Shown one piece after another: positions 20,814 to 30,944 of a DNA stretch of 64,000 nucleotides; position 1 is the first letter of the stretch; every line of letters begins with the position of its first letter. The position numbers and the translations under genes are program-made. Source of the stretch: a bacterium. Lineage in GTDB: Bacteria > UBA8248. The stretch covers positions 1,216,001 through 1,280,000 of the forward strand of contig OZ244799.1 in assembly GCA_965219955.1 (NCBI GenBank), read 5' to 3'. The notes beneath the pieces are model-generated. The model saw only the letters and a program-made list of their open reading frames with translations. It was not told where the DNA came from and did not search any database.

Positions 20814-21375
20814 TGCCGCTCTCCCGTACAGAACGCGTCAAGTGGTGGCAGACGTGCCAAGGCGGCCTAAAGTCAGGACGGCGCGTCCCCGCATCCGATG
20901 TTGCGCGCCGGGTTCGGTCGACCTCTCCATGCGCGATATCGAACCCATGCCGGTATATCCCTGGGACACGGGATTCGCCATGGCCTGTGTCGTCGACGCA
21001 AAGTATAGGTCTGTTTCCGGCAACCTGGCAATGTTCCCGCAAACGCCGGGGACATGGCATTCCGCAAGCCGTATCGGTGCGGGTTCGGTGGGGGTCGATG
21101 AGGAATCGCAGAAATGAGTGAGAGATGCCGCGCTGCGCATCGGCCGGCTTCAGAGAGGTTCCCGGGCCGGAGAAGCTCTCCCGGCGGCTCGACTTCTTCG
21201 TTGCCGATGGGCGTCTGGTCACCGCGCCGGCGAGCTCTTGCTCCGCAGCCGTGAAGAGCCGTCATCATTTCTGAAAAATTCGATAAATATGGATAAATTC
21301 ACGGAGTTTTTCGATAAATTAAATCAGGCAAGGGAGGATGAAGTAACACATTAAATATCTCCCGTAACCATCTGC

Positions 21376-21879
21376 CTAAAAACCCTTGTTCAGCGCAAGA
21401 CCGAAGAAGATGGCGAACAGGGCGAGTATTGCGTTCCCGAGGTTCACATGCTCGAGCGTTTTGAGCAATCTGATGCGCTCGCCCGTCGTGTCGCCTATCG
21501 GACGCCCGTTCCCGGCGGGGCCCGTCCCCCGCGTGAGCCTGAGTCCCACCGCGAAAAACTGAAAGCTGATCCCCAGCATCATCAGGAAAACCGTCAGTAA
21601 TTTCAGGCCTAATGGCACGAAGAGTTTCCCGAATGCGGGCCCCATCGCCATCTTGAGGCCCGTGAGATACCACGCGCCCGTCATGATGAGCACGCCCATG
21701 CAGATGAGCACGAAGGGGTGGTAGAAACGAAGGATGGAGACGATCTCGCCCGCGTATTCCTCAGGCTCCAGTCGCCTCCTCAAGTGGCCCATGAGGAGCC
21801 AGAAGAATACGAGCGCGCCCTCGTACAGACAGGCCGCCAGTATATGGACGTATAGGAGCCAGAAATAGGTATTCGACAT
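21376..21879 (-). CDS. Four-TM membrane protein (CopD/DUF4149-like)
   Basis: His in TM1 (YVHILAA), LIMTG and LGLKL motifs. Confidence 0.6.
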   Translation of the reverse strand: MSNTYFWLLYVHILAACLYEGALVFFWLLMGHLRRRLEPEEYAGEIVSILRFYHPFVLICMGVLIMTGAWYLTGLKMAMGPAFGKLFVPLGLKLLTVFLMMLGISFQFFAVGLRLTRGTGPAGNGRPIGDTTGERIRLLKTLEHVNLGNAILALFAIFFGLALNKGF

Positions 21880-21913
21880 GCGTATCTTCTAGGCAGGAGA
21901 AAAATGTCATGTG

Positions 21914-21943
21914 AAAAACACCCCCCGGTACGCCGGGGGGTGT
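21914..21943 (-). terminator. Intrinsic terminator after the nitrilase-family gene
   Basis: Perfect 11-bp stem acaccccccgg-tacg-ccggggggtgt followed by a T run on the minus strand. Confidence 0.7.
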
Positions 21944-21951
21944 ATGCGTCA

Positions 21952-22809
21952 CTAACTGGCCGCGCCTTCTTTGGGGAAGAACTTGTCGTACAACTCGGGC
22001 CGTTGCCACTGCCTCAGCACGCCGGCCTTGGCCGCGTTTTGCCCCGATGAGGTCACCTCGTCGTTTTGCTCGCGAAGCTCGCGCATTCTCTCCAGATCCA
22101 CGTCGACCATGAACAGGCCGGCCTTCGTGCTCTCGAAAATGACTTCCTCAGGCGTCGCCACCATCGCCAGACCGCGCTGGCTCTTGTCGAAGAGGTTCTG
22201 CGTGGTGATGACGACCGCGAGGTTTTCGATCGCCCGCGACCAGATGAGGTTCCGCCAGGTGCCCCACAGCCTCTTCTTGTCCACCCCTGCAGGCAGGAAG
22301 ATGATTTCCGCCCCGCGCAGCGAGAGCGCGCGCGTCACTTCCGGCATGTAGACTTCGCTGCACATCGCCATGCCGACCTGGCCGTACTGGGTCTCGAAAA
22401 CGGGGTATTCGTTCCCCGCGACGTACTGGAATTCCCAGATGCCGCCGCCGGTGTAGATCCAGGGACCGGGTGGGTGGGTCCTGCGGTAGCGTCCCGAGGG
22501 ACCGCCTGTGGGGCGTGCGAGGTTCAGCAGGTTGTGGGCCGTTTTCTTCTCGTTGTCCAGCGGTTCGAGCGTTCCGTATTGAACATAAACCCCGCAGCGC
22601 TTGGCCACTTCCTCCATCGCCTCGGTGGGGTCGAACGTCGCCGGCATCCGCCAGGGACCCGGATACGATTCGGGGAAGGCGACGAAATCGGCTCCCTGCG
22701 CGGCTGCGTCTTCGACGTAGCGGACGGCGTCGGCCACGTTTTTTTCATCCTCGGGTGGGGGATACCCCATCGGCTGCACGAGTGCGAGCCTGAAGTTATC
22801 GGCGCTCAT
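21952..22809 (-). CDS. Carbon-nitrogen hydrolase (nitrilase superfamily)
   Basis: Motifs FPES, YRRTH, GMAMCSE, GAEIIFLP, SRAIEN. Confidence 0.88.
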   Translation of the reverse strand: MSADNFRLALVQPMGYPPPEDEKNVADAVRYVEDAAAQGADFVAFPESYPGPWRMPATFDPTEAMEEVAKRCGVYVQYGTLEPLDNEKKTAHNLLNLARPTGGPSGRYRRTHPPGPWIYTGGGIWEFQYVAGNEYPVFETQYGQVGMAMCSEVYMPEVTRALSLRGAEIIFLPAGVDKKRLWGTWRNLIWSRAIENLAVVITTQNLFDKSQRGLAMVATPEEVIFESTKAGLFMVDVDLERMRELREQNDEVTSSGQNAAKAGVLRQWQRPELYDKFFPKEGAAS

Positions 22810-22842
22810 CTCACTTCCTCCTCGTAAAAGGGATACTCGCCG

Positions 22843-23028
22843 CTACCGGTCTTCGAAGAGCGTTCCGCCCGCCGCCCAGGAGTCAGTACCGACATCTTGA
22901 AAGATGACCGTGATGACGTCTTTGGGGGCGCCTGAATGCTTGTGGACCGTCTCTGTAATCTCATCCGCCATCGCGCTTTTCTGCTCTTTCGACCTCCCGG
23001 ACAGCAGACTTACTTGAACAACGGGCAT
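22843..23028 (-). CDS. 4-oxalocrotonate tautomerase family protein
   Basis: 61 aa with Pro1 after Met, GRSKEQK, WAAGG. RBS GGAGGT. Confidence 0.9.
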   Translation of the reverse strand: MPVVQVSLLSGRSKEQKSAMADEITETVHKHSGAPKDVITVIFQDVGTDSWAAGGTLFEDR

Positions 23029-23075
23029 CGGAATACCTCCTTTTGGATGGGAAGTGAATTTCTGAAGCGTAACAC

Positions 23076-24710
23076 CTAGAGTTTCGGGCCTGCAGCCGCG
23101 ACGTCCGGCGTCACTCGATCCGCGAACTGCTCGAAATTCTCCCGGAACGCTCCCGCGAGCTCACGTATTTTCTCGTCGTATTTATCGGCGCTTGCCCAAA
23201 GATTTCTGGGGATCATGTATTCCTGCGGCACTCCGGGGCAGCTTGTGGGAACGTGGAGGTCGAATATCGGCACGTCCTGGGTGGGAACTTTGGCCAGTTC
23301 GCCCGTCAGGGCGGCCGTCAGAAGCGCGCGTGTATGATGCAGTGGCATTCTGTCGACCTCGCCTGCGGCTCCGCCGATCCAGCCCGTGTTGACAAGCCAG
23401 ACCTGCGCTTCGTGCTTCCCGAGTCTGTCCCTGAGCATCTCGCCGTATTCGGCGGGATGCAAGGCCAGAAAAGGCGCCCCGAAACAACTGCTGAACGTGG
23501 CCATCGGCTCATCGATACCTGCTTCGGTGCCGGCCACCTTCGCCGTATAGCCCGAGAGGAAATGATAGGCGGCCTGCTCGGGCGTGAGCTTGCTGATGGG
23601 AGGCAGGACGCCGAAAGCGTCGCAGGTGAGGAAGAAGATGTTCTTCGGATGCCCGCCCATGCCCGAGAGCACGCAGTTGTCGATGAAATGCGTGGGGTAG
23701 GTGGCGCGCGTGTTTTCGGTTATCGACATGTCGTCATAGTCGATCTCCCGCGTGTCGTGGTCGACGATGACGTTTTCGAGAACGGAACCGAAGCGTATCG
23801 CATCCCAAATCTGGGGTTCTTCCTCCCTCGTGAGATTGATGGTTTTCGCGTAGCACCCGCCTTCGAAATTGAAGATGCCCGAATCCGACCAGCCGTGTTC
23901 GTCGTCGCCGATAAGCTTTCGGTTCTCATCGGCGGACAGTGTGGTCTTGCCTGTGCCGGAGAGGCCGAAGAAAAGAGCCGTATCCCCGTCGTGGCCCATG
24001 TTCGCCGAACAGTGCATCGGGAAAACGCCTTGTTGCGGAAGGAGGTAATTCATGATGAAAAAAGCGGATTTCTTCATCTCCCCTGCGTATTCAGAGCCGC
24101 CGATGAGCGCCATGTTCTTCTCGAAGTTCACCAGCGTAAAATTCTCCTGCCGGAGTCCCTCGGCCGGGCCTGCTCCCAGGAACCTGCCCATGTCGATGAC
24201 CGTGAAGGGGTTTGTGTGATTGTCGAGTTCCCCGGGCTTGGGCCGGACGAGCAGCGTCTGGCAGAACATCGAATGCCAGGCAAGTTCGGAAATCACCCGC
24301 ACGGGGAGTTTATATCTCGGGTCGTTGCCCACGAAACCATCGAAGATGAAAAGATCGCGTTTCTGGGCATAGCTGGCGATTTTCTGAAAGATGTTGTCCC
24401 AGTTTTCGGTCGATATCTTCTGGTTGATGGGTCCCCACCAGATCTTCTCGCTGGAAGGCTCCTGGTCTACGGTGAACTTGTCCTTGGGCGAGCGGCCCGA
24501 GAATTTGCCCGTATGGACAACGAGCGCGCCATTGGTGGCGAGGTACCCTTCGCCCCGCGCGACCGCCATTTCGTTCAACTCGGCGATGGGAAGATTCCGG
24601 TAGACCGTTCCGATATTTTTAAGGCCCAGTTTGTCGAGGCCGAAAGTCTTTTCCGTTCCGATGTTCGCACGTGAGGAGGCTCCTTTTCCTCCCTCCTTGG
24701 CTTGTGCCAT
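23076..24710 (-). CDS. pckA: Phosphoenolpyruvate carboxykinase (ATP)
   Basis: Motifs GRSPKDKF, YAGEMKKS, MHCSAN, FFGLSGTGKTTLS, IGDDEHGW, NFEGGCYAK, TENTRA. Confidence 0.96.
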   Translation of the reverse strand: MAQAKEGGKGASSRANIGTEKTFGLDKLGLKNIGTVYRNLPIAELNEMAVARGEGYLATNGALVVHTGKFSGRSPKDKFTVDQEPSSEKIWWGPINQKISTENWDNIFQKIASYAQKRDLFIFDGFVGNDPRYKLPVRVISELAWHSMFCQTLLVRPKPGELDNHTNPFTVIDMGRFLGAGPAEGLRQENFTLVNFEKNMALIGGSEYAGEMKKSAFFIMNYLLPQQGVFPMHCSANMGHDGDTALFFGLSGTGKTTLSADENRKLIGDDEHGWSDSGIFNFEGGCYAKTINLTREEEPQIWDAIRFGSVLENVIVDHDTREIDYDDMSITENTRATYPTHFIDNCVLSGMGGHPKNIFFLTCDAFGVLPPISKLTPEQAAYHFLSGYTAKVAGTEAGIDEPMATFSSCFGAPFLALHPAEYGEMLRDRLGKHEAQVWLVNTGWIGGAAGEVDRMPLHHTRALLTAALTGELAKVPTQDVPIFDLHVPTSCPGVPQEYMIPRNLWASADKYDEKIRELAGAFRENFEQFADRVTPDVAAAGPKL

Positions 24711-24926
24711 GTGTTGCTTCCTCCCGGGAATCGAAATTTCAGTGCAACCGTTCCGCTCGCATGAAGAGCATTTTTCTGAATTGTCTTGCGAATCTCGTAC
24801 GAATCCGCCCAAAGAAGGCCGCAATATGCCTCGCAGAGTAGAAGAAGTCAAAAGCAAACCGGGGTCGTTTTCACCTTATCCGCCGCCCGGATTTCCTTTG
24901 ATTTTATCGCGTATCCGCCTCTTGTT

Positions 24927-26003
24927 TTATCCGATGGCTTCGTTGTCTTTGCGGTAAATGGGCAGGCTCTCGACCGTCGCTTTCGCATCGCCGCCCCGGC
25001 AAGCGACTCTTACCTCGGTGCCAGGCTCCATCTGGGCGCGCGGGAGATAGGAAAAAGCCAGGACCGCGTCGACCGTCGGGCAATATGCAGCGCGGGTGAT
25101 GGAACCGATGGTTTCCTCACCGGACTGGACGGCGGCTCCCGGCTCGGGCGTGATATCTCCGCTGACCTTAAGCCCCATGAGCCCGCGGTTCACCTGGCCG
25201 AGATACTTGATCTTCGCGATGACTTCCTGCCCGATGTAGCAGCCCTTCTCGAAGTCGATCGCCTTTTCCTCGAGCCCCGACTGCATGGGATTGACGGCCG
25301 AAGTCATGTCCTTGCCAAACAAGGGCACACCGGCCTCCAAAGTGAGCGATTCGAATGCCGCGATGCCCGCCGGATTTGCTCCTGCATCCGACAATGCGCG
25401 CCAAACGGAATCCGCGTTCTCGCGAGGCCCCACGAGCAGATAGCCGTTTTCTCCCGTCCATAGTTCTCGTGCTATCATCATGTTGCCCGAAGTCGTATGG
25501 CCGTGTTCCTCGGGAGAGGGCTCGCCCATTCCAGCTTTGGCGATGATCTCCTGTGATTCGGGGCCGAAAAGACCGAAGCAGAACGAATTTTCCGTCTCGT
25601 TCGCCACTTCCACCTGATCCATGATGATGAACCTGTCGATCTCCTCTGCGAGCGTATCCGCCATTCCGGAAGCCACCGAGGCGAGGATGGAGGTTTCTCC
25701 TTTGTACATGTACATATCGGAGATAAACTTTCCCTGCCGAGTCAGGAAGGTGTTGTACGCACCCTCTCCGGGCTTCAGTTCTTTCACGCGGTTGGAGAGC
25801 ATGCGGTGGAGAAATTCCTCGGTGTCAGGGCCGCTGAAGCGCAGGAAGCCCCTGTGCGATAAGTCGACTAGGATGGCGCTTTCCCGGCACGCGAGATGCT
25901 CGGCTACCGCGTCTCCATACGATACCGGGATTCGCCATCCCGTTTCCTCAATGAACTCGGCGTTTGCCGCCTGATGCAAAGAAAGCAGGGGAATGGCTGA
26001 CAT
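24927..26003 (-). CDS. YgfZ/GcvT folate-binding aminomethyltransferase family protein
   Basis: YgfZ signature KGCYIGQE and a GcvT-like N-terminus. Confidence 0.88.
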   Translation of the reverse strand: MSAIPLLSLHQAANAEFIEETGWRIPVSYGDAVAEHLACRESAILVDLSHRGFLRFSGPDTEEFLHRMLSNRVKELKPGEGAYNTFLTRQGKFISDMYMYKGETSILASVASGMADTLAEEIDRFIIMDQVEVANETENSFCFGLFGPESQEIIAKAGMGEPSPEEHGHTTSGNMMIARELWTGENGYLLVGPRENADSVWRALSDAGANPAGIAAFESLTLEAGVPLFGKDMTSAVNPMQSGLEEKAIDFEKGCYIGQEVIAKIKYLGQVNRGLMGLKVSGDITPEPGAAVQSGEETIGSITRAAYCPTVDAVLAFSYLPRAQMEPGTEVRVACRGGDAKATVESLPIYRKDNEAIG

Positions 26004-26159
26004 TGGTTTCCCTCTCCGGGTATTGTCTGGTTGAATGCAGCAAATGAATCGTCCAACGAAATTTCAACGCTTTTTTATTCTACGCCCTATCCGAGGGCTA
26101 AAGGAACCGAATAAAGCATATCAATTTTTTTCTTTTCATACCGGGAGGCGAGACGAAAT

Positions 26160-27035
26160 ATGGGAGAGAAACTCGGATTCATCGGTCTGGGCAAGATGGG
26201 AACGCCGTTGACCCAAAATCTCCTGGCCGATGGTCATGAGGTGTCGGGGTTCGACGTAGACCCGACGCGAATGGAACAGTTGAGGCAAGCAGGCGGTACG
26301 CCCTGCGCGAAAGCAAAAGAAGTTGCCGAGCGTTCGGACGTGGTTTTCACCATGCTGCTCAAGCCCGAACACATCGAGATGAACACCATCGGGCCGGAAG
26401 GTGTCGCCGCTGCGGGGAAGGAAGGTCTCATTCTTGTCGAGATGAGCACGATGAACCCGACCTGGTCGGCAGGGCTGGCGAGGAAGCTCGAAGCCAGAAA
26501 CGTGGAGATGGTCGATGCTCCCGTCTCGGGAACCGTGCCGCACGTGGAGTCGAGGACGCTGGCGTATATGGTGGGCGGGAAGAGGGAAATTTTCGAGCGC
26601 ATCAAGCCCATCATCGAGCCGCTGGCGAAAAGCGTCCTCCATACCGGACCCAACGGGACGGGTTGCTCCATGAAGCTTGTGACGAACCTGATTGTGAACG
26701 CGGGCGTCGCCCTGCTGACAGAGGGTCTGCTCCTGGGCGAGCGTTCGGGTTTGTCGCACGATACGATCATGTCCTGTCTGCGCTCGGGGGCAGCAGCAGG
26801 AGTTCTCCTGGATTTGAAGGGAGAAAAGATTCTCTCGCGCGATTTCACCCCTCACGGTGCCTTGAGCATATATGTGAAAGATCTCGGCCTCTGCGTTGAC
26901 CTCGCGAGAGAAAAAGGATTTGATGCGACTTTAGCGGAAGCTGGACTGACGATGTTCCGACGTGCGCAAGAGGCAGGCTGGGCGGAGGATGACTGCGCGC
27001 GCGTGGTGGAAGTGTATGAGGGGAAGGATCGCTAG
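26160..27035 (+). CDS. NAD(P)-dependent beta-hydroxyacid dehydrogenase (3-HIBDH family)
   Basis: Motifs GFIGLGKMG, DAPVSG, MVGG, catalytic KLVTN, KDLG. Confidence 0.9.
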   Translation: MGEKLGFIGLGKMGTPLTQNLLADGHEVSGFDVDPTRMEQLRQAGGTPCAKAKEVAERSDVVFTMLLKPEHIEMNTIGPEGVAAAGKEGLILVEMSTMNPTWSAGLARKLEARNVEMVDAPVSGTVPHVESRTLAYMVGGKREIFERIKPIIEPLAKSVLHTGPNGTGCSMKLVTNLIVNAGVALLTEGLLLGERSGLSHDTIMSCLRSGAAAGVLLDLKGEKILSRDFTPHGALSIYVKDLGLCVDLAREKGFDATLAEAGLTMFRRAQEAGWAEDDCARVVEVYEGKDR

Positions 27036-27076
27036 GTTCATGGTTGGCTTCACGACGAATGCACAGGAGACGGACA

Positions 27077-28258
27077 ATGGCGAAAGGCGCACCGGCTGAA
27101 TCGAAGAATTTCAAACTTATAGGGCACGATCAGGACGCGGCGTGGGGAGGGGGCAGCATCGTCGAGGTGAAAAACGGATACGCCTATGTGGGTGCGGTGG
27201 GAACGGCGAGCTATGACGGGCCCGAGGGCTGGACCGTCCACGACGTATCCGACCCAAGCAAGCCGAGACGCATCGCCGAGGTGTTCGCGCCTCCCGGCCT
27301 GCACAATCACAAGGTTCGCATCGTGGGGGACGACCTGCTCTACGTGAATCACGAGCGACTCAAGACGCCCGAAGGAGAAGCGGCGAGGGCGGGCCTGTGC
27401 ATTTTCGATATCTCGAATCCGGCGGAGCCCAAAGAAGTCGGCTTTTTCGATCTGCCCGGCACGGGGCCGCACAGATTCGGCGTGGACAACGAACGCGGGC
27501 TTGCGTTCCTGCCGAACCATGCCGAGGGGTGGCGGAACCGGGTCATGTGGACTCTCGACATCACGAATCCTCTCAAGCCCGAGGTGCTCAACATCGTCGG
27601 CCTCCCGCAGCAGGATTTGAGCCTCGGTTACGAGTACGAAGAGCCTGAGGATTTCTCGCGTTCGTGGACGTGCCACGGCCCCGCCACCATTCGCGGAGAT
27701 CGCATGTACTGCGGTTTCTGGGGGGCGGGCATGGGCATTTTCGATTGCGCAGATATGCGAAACATCGAGTGCGTGGGGCGCCTTTGCTGGTCGCCGCCCT
27801 TCGTCGGTTCCACGCATACCGTGTGGCCGCTCGGCGACAGGCCGTACGTGGTGGTGACGGACGAGGCGAACTCGCAGGCGAACTACGAACACAGCCAGTT
27901 CATGTGGGTGGTGGACATCCGGGACGAGACGAACCCGATACCCGTCTCCACCTACATCCCCGACAGGGAAGAGAACATGAACCGCGGAGGGCGATTCGGG
28001 GCGCACAATATCCTGGAATATCTCCCTGCGGACGGTCCCTGGAAGGACCTTGTCTTCCTCACGTACTTCAATTCGGGGCTTCGGGCCATCGATCTGTCGG
28101 ACCCGTTCAAGCCTGAGGAAGTCGGACACTACATCCCCGAACTGAACTTCGGGAAGGACTACGCCCAGTCGAACGACATCGGCATGGACGAGAACGGCCT
28201 GCTCTATCTGATCGACCGGAACGGAGCGGGGATGCACATCCTGGAGTACACCGGGTAG
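27077..28258 (+). CDS. LVIVD-repeat beta-propeller protein
   Basis: Repeated (V/I)xDxSxPxxP units with His-rich positions (HNHK, GPH, CHG, THT, GAHN). Confidence 0.8.
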   Translation: MAKGAPAESKNFKLIGHDQDAAWGGGSIVEVKNGYAYVGAVGTASYDGPEGWTVHDVSDPSKPRRIAEVFAPPGLHNHKVRIVGDDLLYVNHERLKTPEGEAARAGLCIFDISNPAEPKEVGFFDLPGTGPHRFGVDNERGLAFLPNHAEGWRNRVMWTLDITNPLKPEVLNIVGLPQQDLSLGYEYEEPEDFSRSWTCHGPATIRGDRMYCGFWGAGMGIFDCADMRNIECVGRLCWSPPFVGSTHTVWPLGDRPYVVVTDEANSQANYEHSQFMWVVDIRDETNPIPVSTYIPDREENMNRGGRFGAHNILEYLPADGPWKDLVFLTYFNSGLRAIDLSDPFKPEEVGHYIPELNFGKDYAQSNDIGMDENGLLYLIDRNGAGMHILEYTG

Positions 28259-28322
28259 GCGGCGTGAGGGTGTGCTCAGGGCCCGCTTCTGTGGGCGGAT
28301 TCTTTGAAGCGAGGGGAGTGTC

Positions 28323-28760
28323 ATGAACCCGGGTGACTTTTTCGTCGTCTGCGCGGCCTCTTTTCTGGCCACCTACGCGCATCTCGTCTTCGCCCTGGTC
28401 GCGGACAAGATTGGCATGGTGAAGCTCGACTTCGGCAAGGGGGTGTCGATGCTCCTGTTCGGCGAGGCGTACGAGGGGAATCCGCCTTATGCGCTCGGTT
28501 TCATCGCCGTGCATCTGAACGGGGTCATATTCGGCTTGCTATACGCCACCTGGGCGGCGGGATGTCTTCCCGGGCCAAACGTCGTGCGCGGCTTGATCTG
28601 GGGCGGGGCGCTCCTGATTTTCTCGCAATGCGTCTTCAACCCGCTCATCACGGGGCACGGTTTTTTCAGCCGAAAGTTCCATCCCAGGGCGTGGCAGACC
28701 GCCGTGATCGCCCACGCCGTCTACGGCGGCCTGCTGGGCTGGCTCTCACCGATACCCTGA
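28323..28760 (+). CDS. Small four-TM membrane protein
   Basis: Intramembrane His motifs VHLNG and AHAVYG. RBS GGGGAG. Confidence 0.65.
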   Translation: MNPGDFFVVCAASFLATYAHLVFALVADKIGMVKLDFGKGVSMLLFGEAYEGNPPYALGFIAVHLNGVIFGLLYATWAAGCLPGPNVVRGLIWGGALLIFSQCVFNPLITGHGFFSRKFHPRAWQTAVIAHAVYGGLLGWLSPIP

Positions 28761-28774
28761 GTCCAGGCCTCGTT

Positions 28775-29614
28775 CTATCTTCTCGCCCTGCTCGTCCTGG
28801 GCGCTTTCCTTTGTGACGCCCAGCACTTCGCCACGTCGACGGGTGCGGCGATCCAGGCGTCGCCCTTCGCGAGAATGTGCTGAATCAGCCTCTCCAGCAT
28901 CCGCATCCGGTGGTGCTGGCCGATGATCTGGGGGTGGCACATGATGTTGATGTATCCGCCTTCCTCATACGTACCCTCGAACTCCTCCACCCATATCGAA
29001 TAGACCGATTCGGGGTCGCGGATTCCGTGGCCGAGCGGCGGATTCGTGCTGTGGGCGAAGAAGATGAAATCATCGAGGCTCCACTTGGTGGGCAACTCGA
29101 CGAGGCCGCAATCGTGATAATAAGGCCAGTCGTCGTCCATCATGTTCGAGTGGTACAAAAGCCCGTATTTTTTGAGCAGCCCCATCGTGTGGACGCTCGG
29201 GTCCGCCGAGGGGGTGCGGGAACCCAGGATTTCCTGCCCCGTATCGCGTTTCAATATCTCGAGGGCGCGCACGAGCAACTCCTCTTCGCGCTCGGCGTCG
29301 CACATCTGGTAGGGCTTTTCGTGAATGTGGCCGTGGTGGCCGATTTCATGGCCCGCCTTCACGATGGATTCCGTCATCTTCGGCCATTTCTCCACCGTCC
29401 AGCTGGGGATGTAGAAAGCGCCGGGCAGGCTGTATTTCTTCAGCAGCTTGAGTATCCGCGGAATCCCCACCTTGGGGCCGTAGGCCCCCATGGAGTTGTG
29501 GATGGGGCGGCCCCCCAGCGAGGGGTCCCGGCCCATCCAGACCGTCTCGCCGTCCACGTCGAAAGTCAGACACACGGCGCATCGCGCCCCGTTTTCCCAT
29601 TTTACTCTAGGCAT
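28775..29614 (-). CDS. Polysaccharide deacetylase family (PuuE/PgdA-like) protein
   Basis: Motifs LTFDVD, GHEIGHHGHIH, RTP, MCHPQIIG. Confidence 0.88.
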   Translation of the reverse strand: MPRVKWENGARCAVCLTFDVDGETVWMGRDPSLGGRPIHNSMGAYGPKVGIPRILKLLKKYSLPGAFYIPSWTVEKWPKMTESIVKAGHEIGHHGHIHEKPYQMCDAEREEELLVRALEILKRDTGQEILGSRTPSADPSVHTMGLLKKYGLLYHSNMMDDDWPYYHDCGLVELPTKWSLDDFIFFAHSTNPPLGHGIRDPESVYSIWVEEFEGTYEEGGYINIMCHPQIIGQHHRMRMLERLIQHILAKGDAWIAAPVDVAKCWASQRKAPRTSRARR

Positions 29615-29645
29615 TCGTTTCCCCTCATGCGTTCTTATGAAAAGT

Positions 29646-30869
29646 CTATGAATCGGCCATTTTCAGCAATGTGCGCGCCAGGACGTCGCAGCCCCTGCAG
29701 GCGTCCTCCCAGTCCATGTCCTCTTCCTCGGAGTGACTCTTTCCGGCGACGCAGGGTACGAAAATCATGGCCGTGGGCCCCAAGTCTGCCGCATAGCGGG
29801 CGTCGTGCCCGGCGGCGCTCCACATGGATCGATGGCTGTAGCCTGAATCTTCACACGCGCTTCTGACGGCCTGCGCGACGCTTGCGTCGAACGCGGTGGG
29901 AGTAGAGCCGCCGACTTCCTGAATCTCGATATCGAGATTTTCTTTCTCCGCCTCTCTGTGCGCGGCCTCCTCGATGAGCTTTCGCGCCTCAGCGATCAGT
30001 TCCGGCTCGCTGTGCCTGAAATCGACCGAGAAGGTCACGTCATCGGGAATGACGTTAATCGCATTGGGGGAGAGGGAGAACTCTCCCACCGTGGCGACGA
30101 ATTCGGGATGCAGTTTTCCCGGGATTTCACGGATGGCCGCGATCGTGCGCGCGGCGCCCACCAGGGCGTCGCGCCGCATGTGCATGGGCGTGGGGCCGGC
30201 GTGGTCGCGCTCTCCCTTCATGGTGACCCGGAGCCAGGTCAGGCCGAAAATCCCCTCCACGACGCCTACCTGGATACCCTCGCTCACGAGGACGGGGCCT
30301 TGTTCGATGTGGAGTTCGAGGTATGACCCGACAGGCCCGGGGGTGCAGGGCGCATCTCCCCGATAGCCGATGCGCTCGAGTTCATCGATAAACGTCGCAC
30401 CATCAGCGTCTTTTGCCTCATAGGCGATCTCGAGCGGTATCGCGCCCGCGAACACGCCGCTTCCCATCATGGACGGAGGGAATCGGGGACCTTCTTCATT
30501 CGTCCAGTTCACGATCTCTACCGGGCGTCTCGTTGATATGTTCTTGTCGTTCAGTGCCCTTACGGCTTCGAGAGCGGCCAGCACGCCCAGCGAACCATCG
30601 AAGCGCCCTCCATTGGGCACGCTGTCGAGGTGGCTGCCCGCCATGGCGGGAGGGGCGTCGTTTTCCCGGCCTGCTCTCCTGGCGAACATGTTTCCCATCT
30701 CGTCAATCCGCGACTCAAGGCCGGCGTCGTCTGCCCACCCGGCGAATAGATCCCGCGCCTGTTTATCGGCGTCTGAGAGCGTGAGGCGGTTTACGCCGCC
30801 TCCTTTTGTCGCTCCGATGCGGGCCATCTCCTCCATGGACTGGCGAAAACGATCAGGATTGATTAGCAA
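29646..30869 (-). CDS. M20 Zn-dependent amidohydrolase (allantoate / N-carbamoyl-amino-acid hydrolase type)
   Basis: Motifs GSHLDS, GGRFDG, NEEG, ELHIEQGP, HAG, AGHDA, SHSEEE. Confidence 0.92.
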   Translation of the reverse strand: MLINPDRFRQSMEEMARIGATKGGGVNRLTLSDADKQARDLFAGWADDAGLESRIDEMGNMFARRAGRENDAPPAMAGSHLDSVPNGGRFDGSLGVLAALEAVRALNDKNISTRRPVEIVNWTNEEGPRFPPSMMGSGVFAGAIPLEIAYEAKDADGATFIDELERIGYRGDAPCTPGPVGSYLELHIEQGPVLVSEGIQVGVVEGIFGLTWLRVTMKGERDHAGPTPMHMRRDALVGAARTIAAIREIPGKLHPEFVATVGEFSLSPNAINVIPDDVTFSVDFRHSEPELIAEARKLIEEAAHREAEKENLDIEIQEVGGSTPTAFDASVAQAVRSACEDSGYSHRSMWSAAGHDARYAADLGPTAMIFVPCVAGKSHSEEEDMDWEDACRGCDVLARTLLKMADS

Positions 30870-30944
30870 TTCGAACCCTCGGGTGTTGGTTGTGGGAAAT
30901 GGAAAGCAAGCGGGGATGCCCGGTCTGCGATTCCCGCCGGGCGG

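Noticed and set aside
20975-21065. c-di-GMP-I riboswitch-like string gacgcaaagtataggtct
   Set aside because: The upstream GGCAAA/GNRA stem and the downstream pairing are missing, and no gene lies downstream in a suitable orientation.
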